DNA of 64,000 nucleotides from an uncultured Solirubrobacterales bacterium (GCA_963706545.1 OY970161.1:3954105-4018104), one strand, 5' to 3'. Numbered from the stretch's first letter, positions 9,573-20,180 are shown. Notes: generated by a model from the letters alone, not told the origin. Numbers and translations: made by a program.

Positions 9573-9601
9573 CATGCCCGGGAACCGCGCCTAAGGTGGG
9601 G

Positions 9602-9630
9602 GGCCTTGCGGCGCAATCGCGCCGCAGGCC
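9602..9630 (-). terminator. Hairpin after the large secreted protein gene
   Basis: ggcct-tgcggcgc-aatc-gcgccgca-ggcc, about 10 bp after the stop. Confidence 0.6.
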
Positions 9631-9640
9631 GGGTGGTCCC

Positions 9641-12514
9641 CTACTTCCTCCGCTTGCAGCCCGTGACCGTGATCTTTGTGCTCTTGTCGAGCACGGTGCC
9701 GTTCTGGGCTACGAATTCGGTTGGGATCTTCAGTTTGGCGTTGCAGAGGTTGCCGGTTGCGGCGAGGGCTGAGTTGGGGCCCTCGGGGAGTGTCAAGGTG
9801 AAGGTGCCCACGGGCACGTCGGGGACGGTCTTGAAGGTGGAGCTCGTGATACCGTGTTTGTTGATAAATGTTGCGCCGACCAGGTCGACTGTCACACCGT
9901 AGCCCTGCAGGACAACGATCAGGCTCGGGAACGCTTCGCCGCCGTGGCTGACGAAATAGGCAGGGCCTTCCAACGGGACCGGAAGGATCGGCGTCACGGC
10001 CTTCGCAGAGCCGACGACCGACGCGGCCGGGCAGTTCGCGGGGTTCGCTTCGAAGGTCGCCGCGGGACACGCCTTCTGCAAGGTCTTCAAGCGCGAAGGA
10101 AGCCGCTTAGGCAGTTCGACTTTGACCTTCGCGACGTTCGCCTCGCTGCCCTGCGGGGCCTTCGGGAAACTGAGCATCGCTGTCAGACTCGCACCGTCAA
10201 GACGACTTGTATGAGCCGAGGTCGAAACCGCGAACGCCGGTTTGAACGCCAGAGCAGCACAGTTAGTCACCTGGAAGTGATTGGAAACAGCCACACTCGC
10301 ACCTTCAGTATCGCTCAGCGTCCCGGTGACCGCTGTCGGTTCGCAGTCCGTCGGGTTGAACGTAAAACCAGGACGATCAATCACAGCATTGACGACCCGC
10401 AACTGCAACGGAATACCATCAAGCACCGTCGGAAGGGGGTCCGTCGTCACCGTCAACCGCGCAGTATGAGGATCGACAGCGATCGCCGCACGGACCACCA
10501 CCGTGCCCGCCCCGGTCGTACCGGAGAGGGTGTACGGGCCGGCCTTCGCGGGGACTACGATCGAGAGGCCGTAAGGTGCTCCCTTATAAGGCCCGGTGAT
10601 GAAGATCTGCCCGCCGGTCACGAGGAAGGGCTCGGCACCAGGCCCGGTCAAGACCTGGAAGTGGCCGATCAAGCTTGCCGCGCCGCACGTCCCCTGCGCC
10701 GCCTGCGGTTCACCGCAGAGCTTGACGCTCGACAACATGCCAGACAAACCCAGCGGCATCTTCAACTGCATCCCAGACAGGAAACCATCAGCGTCCGAGC
10801 GCCCGAAAGCGAGCGTAAGCGGGGTGAAAGCGCCGGCCTGGACATTCGTCGTCTCGGCCGTGAAGGACGGCTTGAACTGTGGGGGGCTGCAGCCGGTCAC
10901 TTCGAAGGCGCTGCTCGGCGTGGAGTCGATCACGAACGGCGAGCTCCACGGCGTCAGGTCGGCTTCGCTGACAGCCGGGCCGCAGGCCCGGGGGTTCGCG
11001 AGCGTCGCACGGGGACCACCGACCAGTTCCAGCTTGACGCTTTCGAACGGGAGCTGAGGGTCTTCTTCAAAGACAGTCGTGACACGACCAGTCGTCGGGT
11101 TGATCGAACCGGTGCCGGCGAGCTTGACAGTGATCCCGTCGCTGCCTTCCCCGATCGCCTGCAAGTAAAGACGGACCATCCGGCCGTCCTGAGCATCTTC
11201 AGGGGTACAAGGGTTACAGATCGGGGCGCCGAGAAAGACCGTGCCCCGCAGCGGCGCCGGAAGATCAGGCGTCGTTATACGAAGCTGACCAACCGTCGAA
11301 GACGGTTCACACGAGGCCGGGCTCGCCGACGTTGACCCGAACTCATCAGGAACTTCACGAGGATCCACACCAGGGTCGTCGTGGCAGACCCCCAACCCCT
11401 GCGCAGCAGAGGGAGAAATCACCATCCCTTCCGGGAGCGAGACCTTCACATCACGAACATCGGAGGTACCCAGGACTTCGGGGCTGTCGGGCTGCGGGAC
11501 GGCTAGTTCTACGCCGAGGCCGACCGGGGCACCGGCCAAGGAGGTGTCGGGCTGGACCGTCAGCGATGAGCCGAACGTCAGCTTTTCACAGCCGGTGACC
11601 GGTTCCATCGCCGGAGAGGATTCGGCGATCTTCCAGTTCGGATCGCCCTTCAGAGGGTTACCGTTCGCATCGAGCGCACCGGGATGAATCCAGGAATCGG
11701 TTTCGATCGTCGCCGTCAAGGGTTCGCCCGTGCACTCAGTCGGGAGACGGATAAAAGGGACCGGGGGAGCGCCACTTGACTCGCCGCCGCCCGGACAGGG
11801 TTCTTCAAAGGCCCGTCCCGGCGGTTCATCCGTGACCCATGCGCATTCCTCGCCGCGCTGGGCATCGTGGGAGGGGTTGGCCGGCACACCCCAAATCGTG
11901 ATCGACGCGGTCGTGACTTCGACCTCTGGGATGTCCGAGGAGGTCGCGCTCAACGTGTACCCTTCGCCGGTCCGCGCGCCCCCAGTGATCACGAAATCCA
12001 ACTGGTTATAGAAGCCAAACTCCGCAGGCCGACCGTTGAGCGGCGTGAGATTGTAAAGAGGGGTCTGCTCCAAGCTGTGGGACGGACTTGTGAGGATCGT
12101 TCCGACCTGGCTGCTCGGCGGGCAGCCGTGGCCTTCGCCCTGCGAGAAGACGGCGATCGGGCAGCGCGGTACCGCCTGCGGGTTGAAGACAAGCCCCGGG
12201 GGGAAGCTCACCCTGATGTCCTTCGGTTCTTCGACGGACACCATCACATGACCGCCGTTGCGGTTTAGGGCTTTATGGAGATTGAGATGGAAGGTCGTCG
12301 TCAGCTCATAGGGAGTGCCGCCGGCCTGGGTGTAGAAAGCGGTGCACGGCAGGCCGTTTTCGGAGCTTTCGTTAGCGCAGCTGGAGAGCTGGAAGCTCGC
12401 GATGCCGAACTGGGGTTCAGCGGCCGCTGCGCCGGCCGGTGCCGCCACTAGCAGCAGCCCAACCAACAACAGGAAGAGCAAGAGCGCCGGCCTCAACGGG
12501 ATATGAATCCTCAT
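9641..12514 (-). CDS. Large secreted Cys/Pro-rich protein (~957 aa) with four internal repeats
   Basis: ATG at 12514 (MRIHIPLRPALLLFLLLVGLLLVAAPAGAAA, signal peptide) overlaps the upstream stop (ATGA). The repeated motif V.LP.G...C occurs four times. Confidence 0.85.
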   Translation of the reverse strand: MRIHIPLRPALLLFLLLVGLLLVAAPAGAAAAEPQFGIASFQLSSCANESSENGLPCTAFYTQAGGTPYELTTTFHLNLHKALNRNGGHVMVSVEEPKDIRVSFPPGLVFNPQAVPRCPIAVFSQGEGHGCPPSSQVGTILTSPSHSLEQTPLYNLTPLNGRPAEFGFYNQLDFVITGGARTGEGYTLSATSSDIPEVEVTTASITIWGVPANPSHDAQRGEECAWVTDEPPGRAFEEPCPGGGESSGAPPVPFIRLPTECTGEPLTATIETDSWIHPGALDANGNPLKGDPNWKIAESSPAMEPVTGCEKLTFGSSLTVQPDTSLAGAPVGLGVELAVPQPDSPEVLGTSDVRDVKVSLPEGMVISPSAAQGLGVCHDDPGVDPREVPDEFGSTSASPASCEPSSTVGQLRITTPDLPAPLRGTVFLGAPICNPCTPEDAQDGRMVRLYLQAIGEGSDGITVKLAGTGSINPTTGRVTTVFEEDPQLPFESVKLELVGGPRATLANPRACGPAVSEADLTPWSSPFVIDSTPSSAFEVTGCSPPQFKPSFTAETTNVQAGAFTPLTLAFGRSDADGFLSGMQLKMPLGLSGMLSSVKLCGEPQAAQGTCGAASLIGHFQVLTGPGAEPFLVTGGQIFITGPYKGAPYGLSIVVPAKAGPYTLSGTTGAGTVVVRAAIAVDPHTARLTVTTDPLPTVLDGIPLQLRVVNAVIDRPGFTFNPTDCEPTAVTGTLSDTEGASVAVSNHFQVTNCAALAFKPAFAVSTSAHTSRLDGASLTAMLSFPKAPQGSEANVAKVKVELPKRLPSRLKTLQKACPAATFEANPANCPAASVVGSAKAVTPILPVPLEGPAYFVSHGGEAFPSLIVVLQGYGVTVDLVGATFINKHGITSSTFKTVPDVPVGTFTLTLPEGPNSALAATGNLCNAKLKIPTEFVAQNGTVLDKSTKITVTGCKRRK

Positions 12515-14562
12515 CGCTTCGTCCTCCCGCTCTTGCCGGCTCGCTTGGCCTTGGGCCTCCTGACGCATCTGCCCCTCCTCTTCATGTAGCCCTTCCCGCA
12601 ATGCCTCGGCTTCGCCTTCGGGGTACCCACGGGGGTCGGCACGGGTGGCTGTAGGTTCCCCAAGCCAGAGAACGTCGCGCTCCCGCTTTCGCCGAGCAGC
12701 GACGGCACGCTCGGCGGGCCCTGGCAGGAGTCGCCCTTGCACCCGCCCGCCGGGATTGGCACCGCGGGGAACCCGCCATCGATTCGCGCGTCGTAGAGGC
12801 TCTCCAGCCCGTCGGTGTCCTGCGGCAGGATGCCTTCCGTTGACGTGAAGAAGATGTCGCGGCCAGACGGTGTGATCGCCGGATGTTCGTCGGAGGTGAG
12901 CGAGTGCCCGGTCGAGATCAGGCTCACCTCTCCGTCGTGCCACTCGTAGATGTCGCTCGGGCCCAGCTGCGGCTGCAGGTCATTGACCGCGCGCGGCGAT
13001 AGCGCCCCCGAGGTGCTGAACACGACCGTCGAGCCGTCGTCGCTGACGGCGCGCGTCCTCATCTCGAACTCTTCCGCCTGGGAAAGGTCCCCTGTGCGTC
13101 CAAACTCGGGCATCGCTATGCTCGCGCCCCGGACGTTGCCTTCGCCGTTTTCGGCGTAGCCTTCTTCGCCGGTCGAGACGCGCACCAGCTTTCCGGTGTC
13201 GGCGTCGTACTCGAAGACCTGCTGGCCGCTGCTCGCGTCGCCGGGCGTGATCTTCGCCGTCGTCGCGAAGACGAAGAAGCGCCCCCCTTCGCAGCCCGCT
13301 TCCTTGGCTTCACCGAGTTCTTCGCTCGGACAACCGTTGACCTGAGCTTCGATTTCGCCTTCGACGACGTTGCTGCCGAGGCGTGCCCGCGCGATGAACG
13401 CGGCTTTCTTGGTTTCCGTGTCGTACACGTACAGGTTTTCCTCGCCTTTTTCGGCCTTTTCGCTGTTTTCGTTTTCGTTTGCGGCGAGAACGCCCGTGGA
13501 GAGGAAGTACAGGCGGGCACCGTCATCGCTGGAGCGCAGATAGGTGTTCGAGTCCCCGGCCGGAGCGATCGCCACCCGTTCACGTTCAACGACCGCTTCC
13601 TGCCCCGGTTCGCTGTCAATGAGGTCCATATACAGTTCGCCGCCGGCGCTCTTGAGGAAGACCTTCGCGCCGTCTTCGGAGGCCCCCTGAAAGAGCCCGC
13701 CGAGTTCAAGCGTCTTCGCCCCGTTCACGCGAACATACGACATGCCGGTTTCTTCGTACGTGAAGAATATCTCTGCTCCATCGTTAGAGATCGCGTGAAA
13801 TGCCGAATCCAGCTCCGCTTCGCCGCTGCCGAGTTCACCATTGAACGCCCTTTCCCCGGGAGGCGGTTCGATCGTCACTACGCGAAACACGGGCATCCGT
13901 TCACCGGCACCAGCCAGTTCGTCGAGCTCGTGATGAGAACCGCCGGCGGAGGGAACGACGATGTGTGCGAAATTCGGAGACTCGTCCACGGCCTGTCCGA
14001 CTCCACCGTTGTTATGATATTCCTGGATTTCCGTAAAGGTAAAATCCGGTGCGGCCTCCAAATCGTCGCTGACGAACAGACCGGCAGTTCCTTCCTGTGC
14101 GCCTGACAGGAACTGGACGCGCACCACCTGCTTCGTCAAGTCGAACGAGCTGGTCACGCCGCTGACCAGCCCCTGGAGCGCTGCCGGGACACCGACCCAC
14201 GACGTTGTCCAACCTTGCGTACTCCGCCGGGCGATGTAGCTGTTGAAGGCGTAGTCGCTACCGATGCCGGCGAACCCGCCGTCCGAGACGAATTCCGCCG
14301 CTTCTCCGCCGGGGGCCGCACCGTAGAAGTTCAGCACGCCGCTGTCCGCCGTGTCCGGCGGGCTGACCAGCTCATAAGCGCGACACTGCGGGAGCTGACT
14401 GGAGCGCGCTTCTGCGCGTAGCTGTTCCTCTTCCTTGCGCTTGGGTTCTTCCACCTTAGCGCAGGAGGATTCGGCGGCCTCCGCCGTACTCACAAACCCC
14501 ACGGCGCACACCAGCATCAGACCGATCAGCGCGACGAGTCGTACATACATTGGGTCCATCAA
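12511..14562 (-). CDS. Secreted beta-propeller-like (TolB/WD40-like) protein, module copy 3
   Basis: 683 aa, signal peptide, repeated S.DG..v.F blade motifs, C-terminal C..G......C motif followed by a Lys/Arg tail. Confidence 0.85.
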   Translation of the reverse strand: MMDPMYVRLVALIGLMLVCAVGFVSTAEAAESSCAKVEEPKRKEEEQLRAEARSSQLPQCRAYELVSPPDTADSGVLNFYGAAPGGEAAEFVSDGGFAGIGSDYAFNSYIARRSTQGWTTSWVGVPAALQGLVSGVTSSFDLTKQVVRVQFLSGAQEGTAGLFVSDDLEAAPDFTFTEIQEYHNNGGVGQAVDESPNFAHIVVPSAGGSHHELDELAGAGERMPVFRVVTIEPPPGERAFNGELGSGEAELDSAFHAISNDGAEIFFTYEETGMSYVRVNGAKTLELGGLFQGASEDGAKVFLKSAGGELYMDLIDSEPGQEAVVERERVAIAPAGDSNTYLRSSDDGARLYFLSTGVLAANENENSEKAEKGEENLYVYDTETKKAAFIARARLGSNVVEGEIEAQVNGCPSEELGEAKEAGCEGGRFFVFATTAKITPGDASSGQQVFEYDADTGKLVRVSTGEEGYAENGEGNVRGASIAMPEFGRTGDLSQAEEFEMRTRAVSDDGSTVVFSTSGALSPRAVNDLQPQLGPSDIYEWHDGEVSLISTGHSLTSDEHPAITPSGRDIFFTSTEGILPQDTDGLESLYDARIDGGFPAVPIPAGGCKGDSCQGPPSVPSLLGESGSATFSGLGNLQPPVPTPVGTPKAKPRHCGKGYMKRRGRCVRRPKAKRAGKSGRTKR

Positions 14563-14604
14563 CTCCCTCTCCGATCGGCCGACCCCGTCGGCATTCGATA
14601 TACC

Positions 14605-14634
14605 GGGCGGGGCCGGCTGACACCGACCCCGCCC
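14605..14634 (-). terminator. GC-rich hairpin downstream of the small secreted gene (copy 3)
   Basis: gggcggggccgg...ccgaccccgccc. Confidence 0.5.
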
Positions 14635-14669
14635 GAGAACCTACAACACCTGACTGCCTTAAACTACCG

Positions 14670-15299
14670 TCACGAAACCGAAATCACTTTGCCAATCGGT
14701 TCGGATAACGTCGTGATTATACCTTCCACCTTGCCTGCTTCTACCCCTCCTTCGGAGCAGTCCGCTTTCGATGTCGGGTTGAATGTGCCGGTCTCATTCG
14801 GTGTCACGTTCGCTTGCACCTCATTGCCTTCTTTCCCGGCTTCCGTTTCACATTTATCGGTTTTGATACCACCGATGGTTTTGCAGGTAACGGACCAACC
14901 CGGCTCCCCATTGCTAGGGATTTCTGAGATCTTGTTGAGTACTTTGCTCTCGGTTTCGTACAGTTCGGTTTGCCACGGAAGGTGCAGTGGCTTGACCGTT
15001 TCGACGTTTTCACAGACTTTGATCTGTTTGCAACTCGCAATAGTTATGGTTTCTACGCGGTCAATCTTCCCGGGGCCGATCGTTCCCGTACTCGTACCAC
15101 TACACTGGACGGCGGATTCGCCAAGGAGTGTTTTGGTGTCGGCGAGTCTCAACGTCCCCGTACCCATCACTTTTTCTGTCCCTTTCACTTCTGTTCCATT
15201 GACCTGCCACACGGGCTGCGCGGAGGCCGTAGCCGCTGTCGCCATGGCCATCGCCGCCAATGCCACGAGGCAAAGCCCCGCGATCCTAATAAACCTCAT
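14670..15299 (-). CDS. Small 6-Cys secreted protein (copy 3)
   Basis: 209 aa, signal peptide, SD aaaggagaag. Confidence 0.9.
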   Translation of the reverse strand: MRFIRIAGLCLVALAAMAMATAATASAQPVWQVNGTEVKGTEKVMGTGTLRLADTKTLLGESAVQCSGTSTGTIGPGKIDRVETITIASCKQIKVCENVETVKPLHLPWQTELYETESKVLNKISEIPSNGEPGWSVTCKTIGGIKTDKCETEAGKEGNEVQANVTPNETGTFNPTSKADCSEGGVEAGKVEGIITTLSEPIGKVISVS

Positions 15300-15737
15300 A
15301 TCTGCTTCTCCTTTGTATGCACTCGCTATTGATAAATATAGTCGTCACGAACACCACGCCGCCACGATTCAACGGCACGACACCCTTGCCGACCAGTAAT
15401 ACCTACTACCTAACCTTCACACATAGCGACCCTTTGTCGAGTCACCTCAGCAACTCCCCAACCACTGACTTCCCAGGGAGGTTCACATGCATCAGCGCAC
15501 GACGGTCAGGCCGCAGGACCTTTCCGGTCCTATTGATCTTCGTCTTATCTTCTGCCGATGCATGGTATTCGCTTCCTTGATGGTTGCTTGTGCAGCCTTG
15601 AAGCTGCCTGTACAACATGACAGGTCCGCAGAGTCGTATCAACCCTTGTCTCCGACTCAACCGCTGGCTGCACCGCGCGAGCCGAGAGGCCGCGACAATG
15701 CTTTGAATACAGGGGATACGGCCCTCCGGAGGCGCTC
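15300..15737. repeat. Conserved non-coding leader (copy 3)
   Basis: Aligns to copies 1 and 2 and abuts the gcvPB stop. Confidence 0.85.
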
Positions 15738-17272
15738 TTACGGAAGGGCCTGACGGATGACCGGCCGCTTCGCGGCCGTGACCTCGTCGAGACGACGCAC
15801 AGGGGTCGTGTGGGGGGCCGTTCGGGCGATCTCGGGGTCCGCAGCGGCCTCTCGGAGGATGGCGGCGATCGCGTCGGCGAAAGCGTCCAAGGTCTCCCGC
15901 GTCTCAGTCTCGGTCGGCTCGACCATCAGCGCCTCCTCAACGAGCAGCGGAAAGTAGACGGTAGGCGGGTGAAAGCCGAAGTCAAGCAGGCGCTTGGCGA
16001 GATCGAGCGTCCGGATCTGAAGCTGGCGCTTCATCGGGCCCCCGGAGAGCACGAACTCGTGCATGCAGAGCTCGCCGTATGCGAGCGGCAGGTACTCGGC
16101 CACCCCGTGCTCCCGCAGCCGCGCAAGCAGGTAGTTGGCGTTCAGTACGGCGGTCTCGGAGGCGTCGCGCAGCCCCTCGGCGCCGAGCGAGCAGATGTAG
16201 GCGTACGCCCGCACGAAGCAGCCGTAGTTGCCCTGGAAGCCGCGCAGGCGCCCGATCGACTTGGACCCGACTGGAGGGTGGCGCAGGCGGCCGGAGGCCG
16301 CCGAGCCGGACCCCTCCTCTTCAATCGACCCGGAGCCAAAATCGAGGTCGAAGGCGCCGTCCTCGCGCCTGACGACGGACGGCACGGGCAGGAACGGCGC
16401 GATGCGCTCTGAGACCGCGATCGGCCCGGAGCCAGGGCCACCGCCGCCGTGGGGCTGGGTGAAGGACTTGTGGAGGTTGAAGTGGACGATGTCGAAGCCC
16501 ATGTCCCCGGGCCGCGAGTGCCCCATCACGGCGTTGAGGTTGGCACCGTCGTAGTAGAGGACGGCGCCGGCGTCGTGGACGAGACGGGCGATCTCCTGGA
16601 TGTGGGGGTCGAACAGCCCGAGCGTGTTGGGGTTGGTGAGCATCAGGCAGGCGACGTCGGGCCCGACCTTCGCGCGCAGGTCCTCGAGGTCGATGCCCCC
16701 GGCGGCGTCGGTAGCGAGCGGGACGACCTCCAGGCCGGCCATCGTGACGGTCGCGGGGTTGGTCCCGTGGGCGGTGTCGGGCGCGAGCACCTTGGTTCGC
16801 CGCTCCCCCCGGTCCTCGTGAAAGGCACGCGCGAGCAACACGCCGGCGAGCTCGCCGTGCGAGCCCGCGGAGGGCTGCAGACAGACATGCGGCAACCCCG
16901 CGATCTCAGCGAGCGCCCCCTGCAGACGCCACATCAGCTCGAGCGCCCCCTGCGCGCGCGCGGGGTCCTGCAGCGGGTGCAGCCGTGCGTGGCCTGGCAA
17001 CGCGGCGACGCGCTCGTGCAAGCGCGGGTTGTGCTTCATCGTGCACGACCCGAGCGGGTAGAAGCCAGAGTCCAGATCGAAGTTACGCTTGGAGAGCCGC
17101 ACATAGTGGCGCACGAGCTCAGGCTCTGACACCTCCGGCAGCCGCGGCCCCTCGGCGCGAAGCAGGTGCGCGGGCAGCAGCTCCCCGGGATCGACCGCGG
17201 GCACGTCGAGCTCCGGGCAGTGAAAAGCGCGACGTCCCGGAGCGCCCCGCTCGAAGATCGTGAGCGTATCGG

Positions 17273-17276
<4 letters not shown>
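15738..17276 (-). CDS. gcvPB: Glycine dehydrogenase (decarboxylating) subunit 2
   Basis: FYPLGSCTMKHNP, YYDGANLNA, HFNLHKSF, PHGGGGPG, HPPTVYFPL. Confidence 0.97.
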
Positions 17277-18661
<1,385 letters not shown>

Positions 18662-18924
18662 GGACCTCTCAGCCTAGCCGCCGGCCCAGACCCCCGCCGG
18701 GAGGGCGTCGCGGACGCGTGCGGGCCCGGGAGGAGAGAGAGGATGAAGGATGTTAAACGCGCGGGAAGGGTCAGCCGCGGAGCGGGAGCGCACGGCGCAA
18801 CGGGCAGTCGGCGGGGTCGAAGCTCCCCTCCCGGCGCGCTCGAACACGGTCCGCCCTAGCGTTTCCTCCCAAGCGCGGGGTACTGTGGCCGACATGGATC
18901 GAATCCCGGCCAACACGGCGCGGC

Positions 18925-18952
18925 TGATATCACATCGAGGGCGTGATATCAT
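18925..18952 (+). promoter_or_regulatory. Two TGATATCA palindromes (putative TA operator) overlapping a TATCAT -10 box
   Basis: TGATATCA at 18925-18932 and 18944-18951, immediately upstream of the antitoxin. Confidence 0.65.
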
Positions 18953-18959
18953 CGCCCTC

Positions 18960-19268
18960 CTGAAGCAACTGCTCCTACGTGTCCCGGAGGACCTCCATCG
19001 GCGGCTCGCCGCGCGGGCGGCGCGCGAGGGCCGCAGCATGAACGCCGTCGCCGGCGCGATCCTCGACGCCTCCACGGATGCGGATCTGGGCGCCCCACCC
19101 ACCCCCCAGGAGCGGCTGCGCGCCAGAGCGGCTGCCCTGGGAATGCTCAGCGAGGTCCCCGCTCGCCCGGTGAGCGAGGCCGAGCGCGAGCGCATTATCG
19201 CCTCGACTCGGGGTTTGGGGCCGATCCTGGATCGACTCATCGACGAAGACCGCGCCGACCGCCTGTGA
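18960..19268 (+). CDS. Ribbon-helix-helix antitoxin (cognate to the PIN toxin); apparent CTG start
   Basis: (L)KQLLLRVPEDLHRRLAARAAREGRSMNAV is an RHH pattern. The stop overlaps the toxin start (GTGA). Confidence 0.75.
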   Translation: MKQLLLRVPEDLHRRLAARAAREGRSMNAVAGAILDASTDADLGAPPTPQERLRARAAALGMLSEVPARPVSEAERERIIASTRGLGPILDRLIDEDRADRL

Positions 19269-19714
19269 TCGTCTATCTCGACTCCTCCGTACTGGCACGG
19301 TCCTACCTCCACGACGAGGAGGGCCACAAAGAGGCCGTCGCGCTGCTCAACAATCCGGACATCGGTCGCGTCACCGGAAGCTGGACACGGATCGAGGTAT
19401 CCGGCGCGCTGATTCGCGCCGCACGCACCGGCCGACTCGACGCCGATGAGCAGGGCCTGATCGCCACTCTGGACGCGGATCTCGAAACCAGCGGACGGGT
19501 GGCGGAGCTGGCCGTCTCCCAGGCCGACGTCGAGAAGAAGGCACTGGAGCTTGTGCGCGAGCACGCCCTGCGGACTCTGGACACCTGGCACCTCGCGGTC
19601 GCCTCGCTGACCGTCCCCGCTCTCGCAGCACCCGAGAAGGAGGAAATCGGATTCGCCTCCCGCGACGAGGACCAGGCGGCCGTCGCCGAGCAGCTGGGCT
19701 TCAAACGCGTCTGA
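19265..19714 (+). CDS. vapC: PIN-domain (VapC-like) toxin
   Basis: MIVYLDSSVL, TRIEV, LRTLDTWHLA, FASRDEDQ: the acidic PIN residues are present. Confidence 0.9.
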   Translation: MIVYLDSSVLARSYLHDEEGHKEAVALLNNPDIGRVTGSWTRIEVSGALIRAARTGRLDADEQGLIATLDADLETSGRVAELAVSQADVEKKALELVREHALRTLDTWHLAVASLTVPALAAPEKEEIGFASRDEDQAAVAEQLGFKRV

Positions 19715-19784
19715 GCGCTAGCTCGGCATCCTCGAGCAGCAATCTATCTGCTGTCATGATGCTCGTCGGTGGAATGCCTGTGCC

Positions 19785-20180
19785 TCAGACGAGGCTCGCG
19801 ACGTACGCGTCGGCGTCCATCAGGTCCTCGGTCTCGGAGGGGTCGGAGAGGCGCACCTTGACGAGCCAGCCGGCGCCGTAGGGGTCGTCGTTGATCTTCT
19901 CGGGTTCCTCGGCGAGCGCATCGTTGACCTCGACGATCTCCCCGGAGAGGGGGGCGATCACGTCGGAGACGGCCTTGACGGACTCGACCTCGGCGTAGGG
20001 CTCGTCCTGCATCAGCGTGGTGCCCACGGAGGGCGGCTCGCAGAAGACGACCTCGCCGAGGGCGTCCTGGGCGTACCAGGTGATGCCCAGCGTGGCGTGA
20101 TCGGGCTGGGCGAGGTCGATCCTAGCCCAGTCGTGCTCGGCGTGGTAGAGCAGGTCGTCGGGGTAGCTGGCGTCAGCCAT
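19785..20180 (-). CDS. gcvH: Glycine cleavage system H protein
   Basis: YHAEHDWA, EVESVKAVSDV (lipoyl-Lys), INDDPYGAGWL; start at 20180 or 20189. Confidence 0.97.
   Translation of the reverse strand: MADASYPDDLLYHAEHDWARIDLAQPDHATLGITWYAQDALGEVVFCEPPSVGTTLMQDEPYAEVESVKAVSDVIAPLSGEIVEVNDALAEEPEKINDDPYGAGWLVKVRLSDPSETEDLMDADAYVASLV

Noticed and set aside
12515-12943. N-terminal extension of the 1100 aa ORF in the track
   Set aside because: It overlaps the propeller gene in another frame. The ATG at 12514 gives a signal peptide and an ATGA overlap.
2124-15299. Diversity-generating retroelement acting on the small-protein paralogs
   Set aside because: No reverse transcriptase is in the window, and the mismatches involve all four bases across the whole gene rather than adenines in one variable region.
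2808-15580. Conserved + strand ORFs in the leaders (2808-3032, 9173-9391, 15317-15580)
   Set aside because: Starts, frames and stops differ between copies. The similarity just reflects DNA duplication.
3250-15737. Genomic island flanked by gcvPB att repeats
   Set aside because: The interior contains trpS, scpA and scpB and no integrase. Kept only as a duplication breakpoint.
1-15767. Three module copies as an assembly artefact
   Set aside because: The copies differ by many substitutions and indels while keeping open frames. A chimeric bin cannot be fully excluded without reads.
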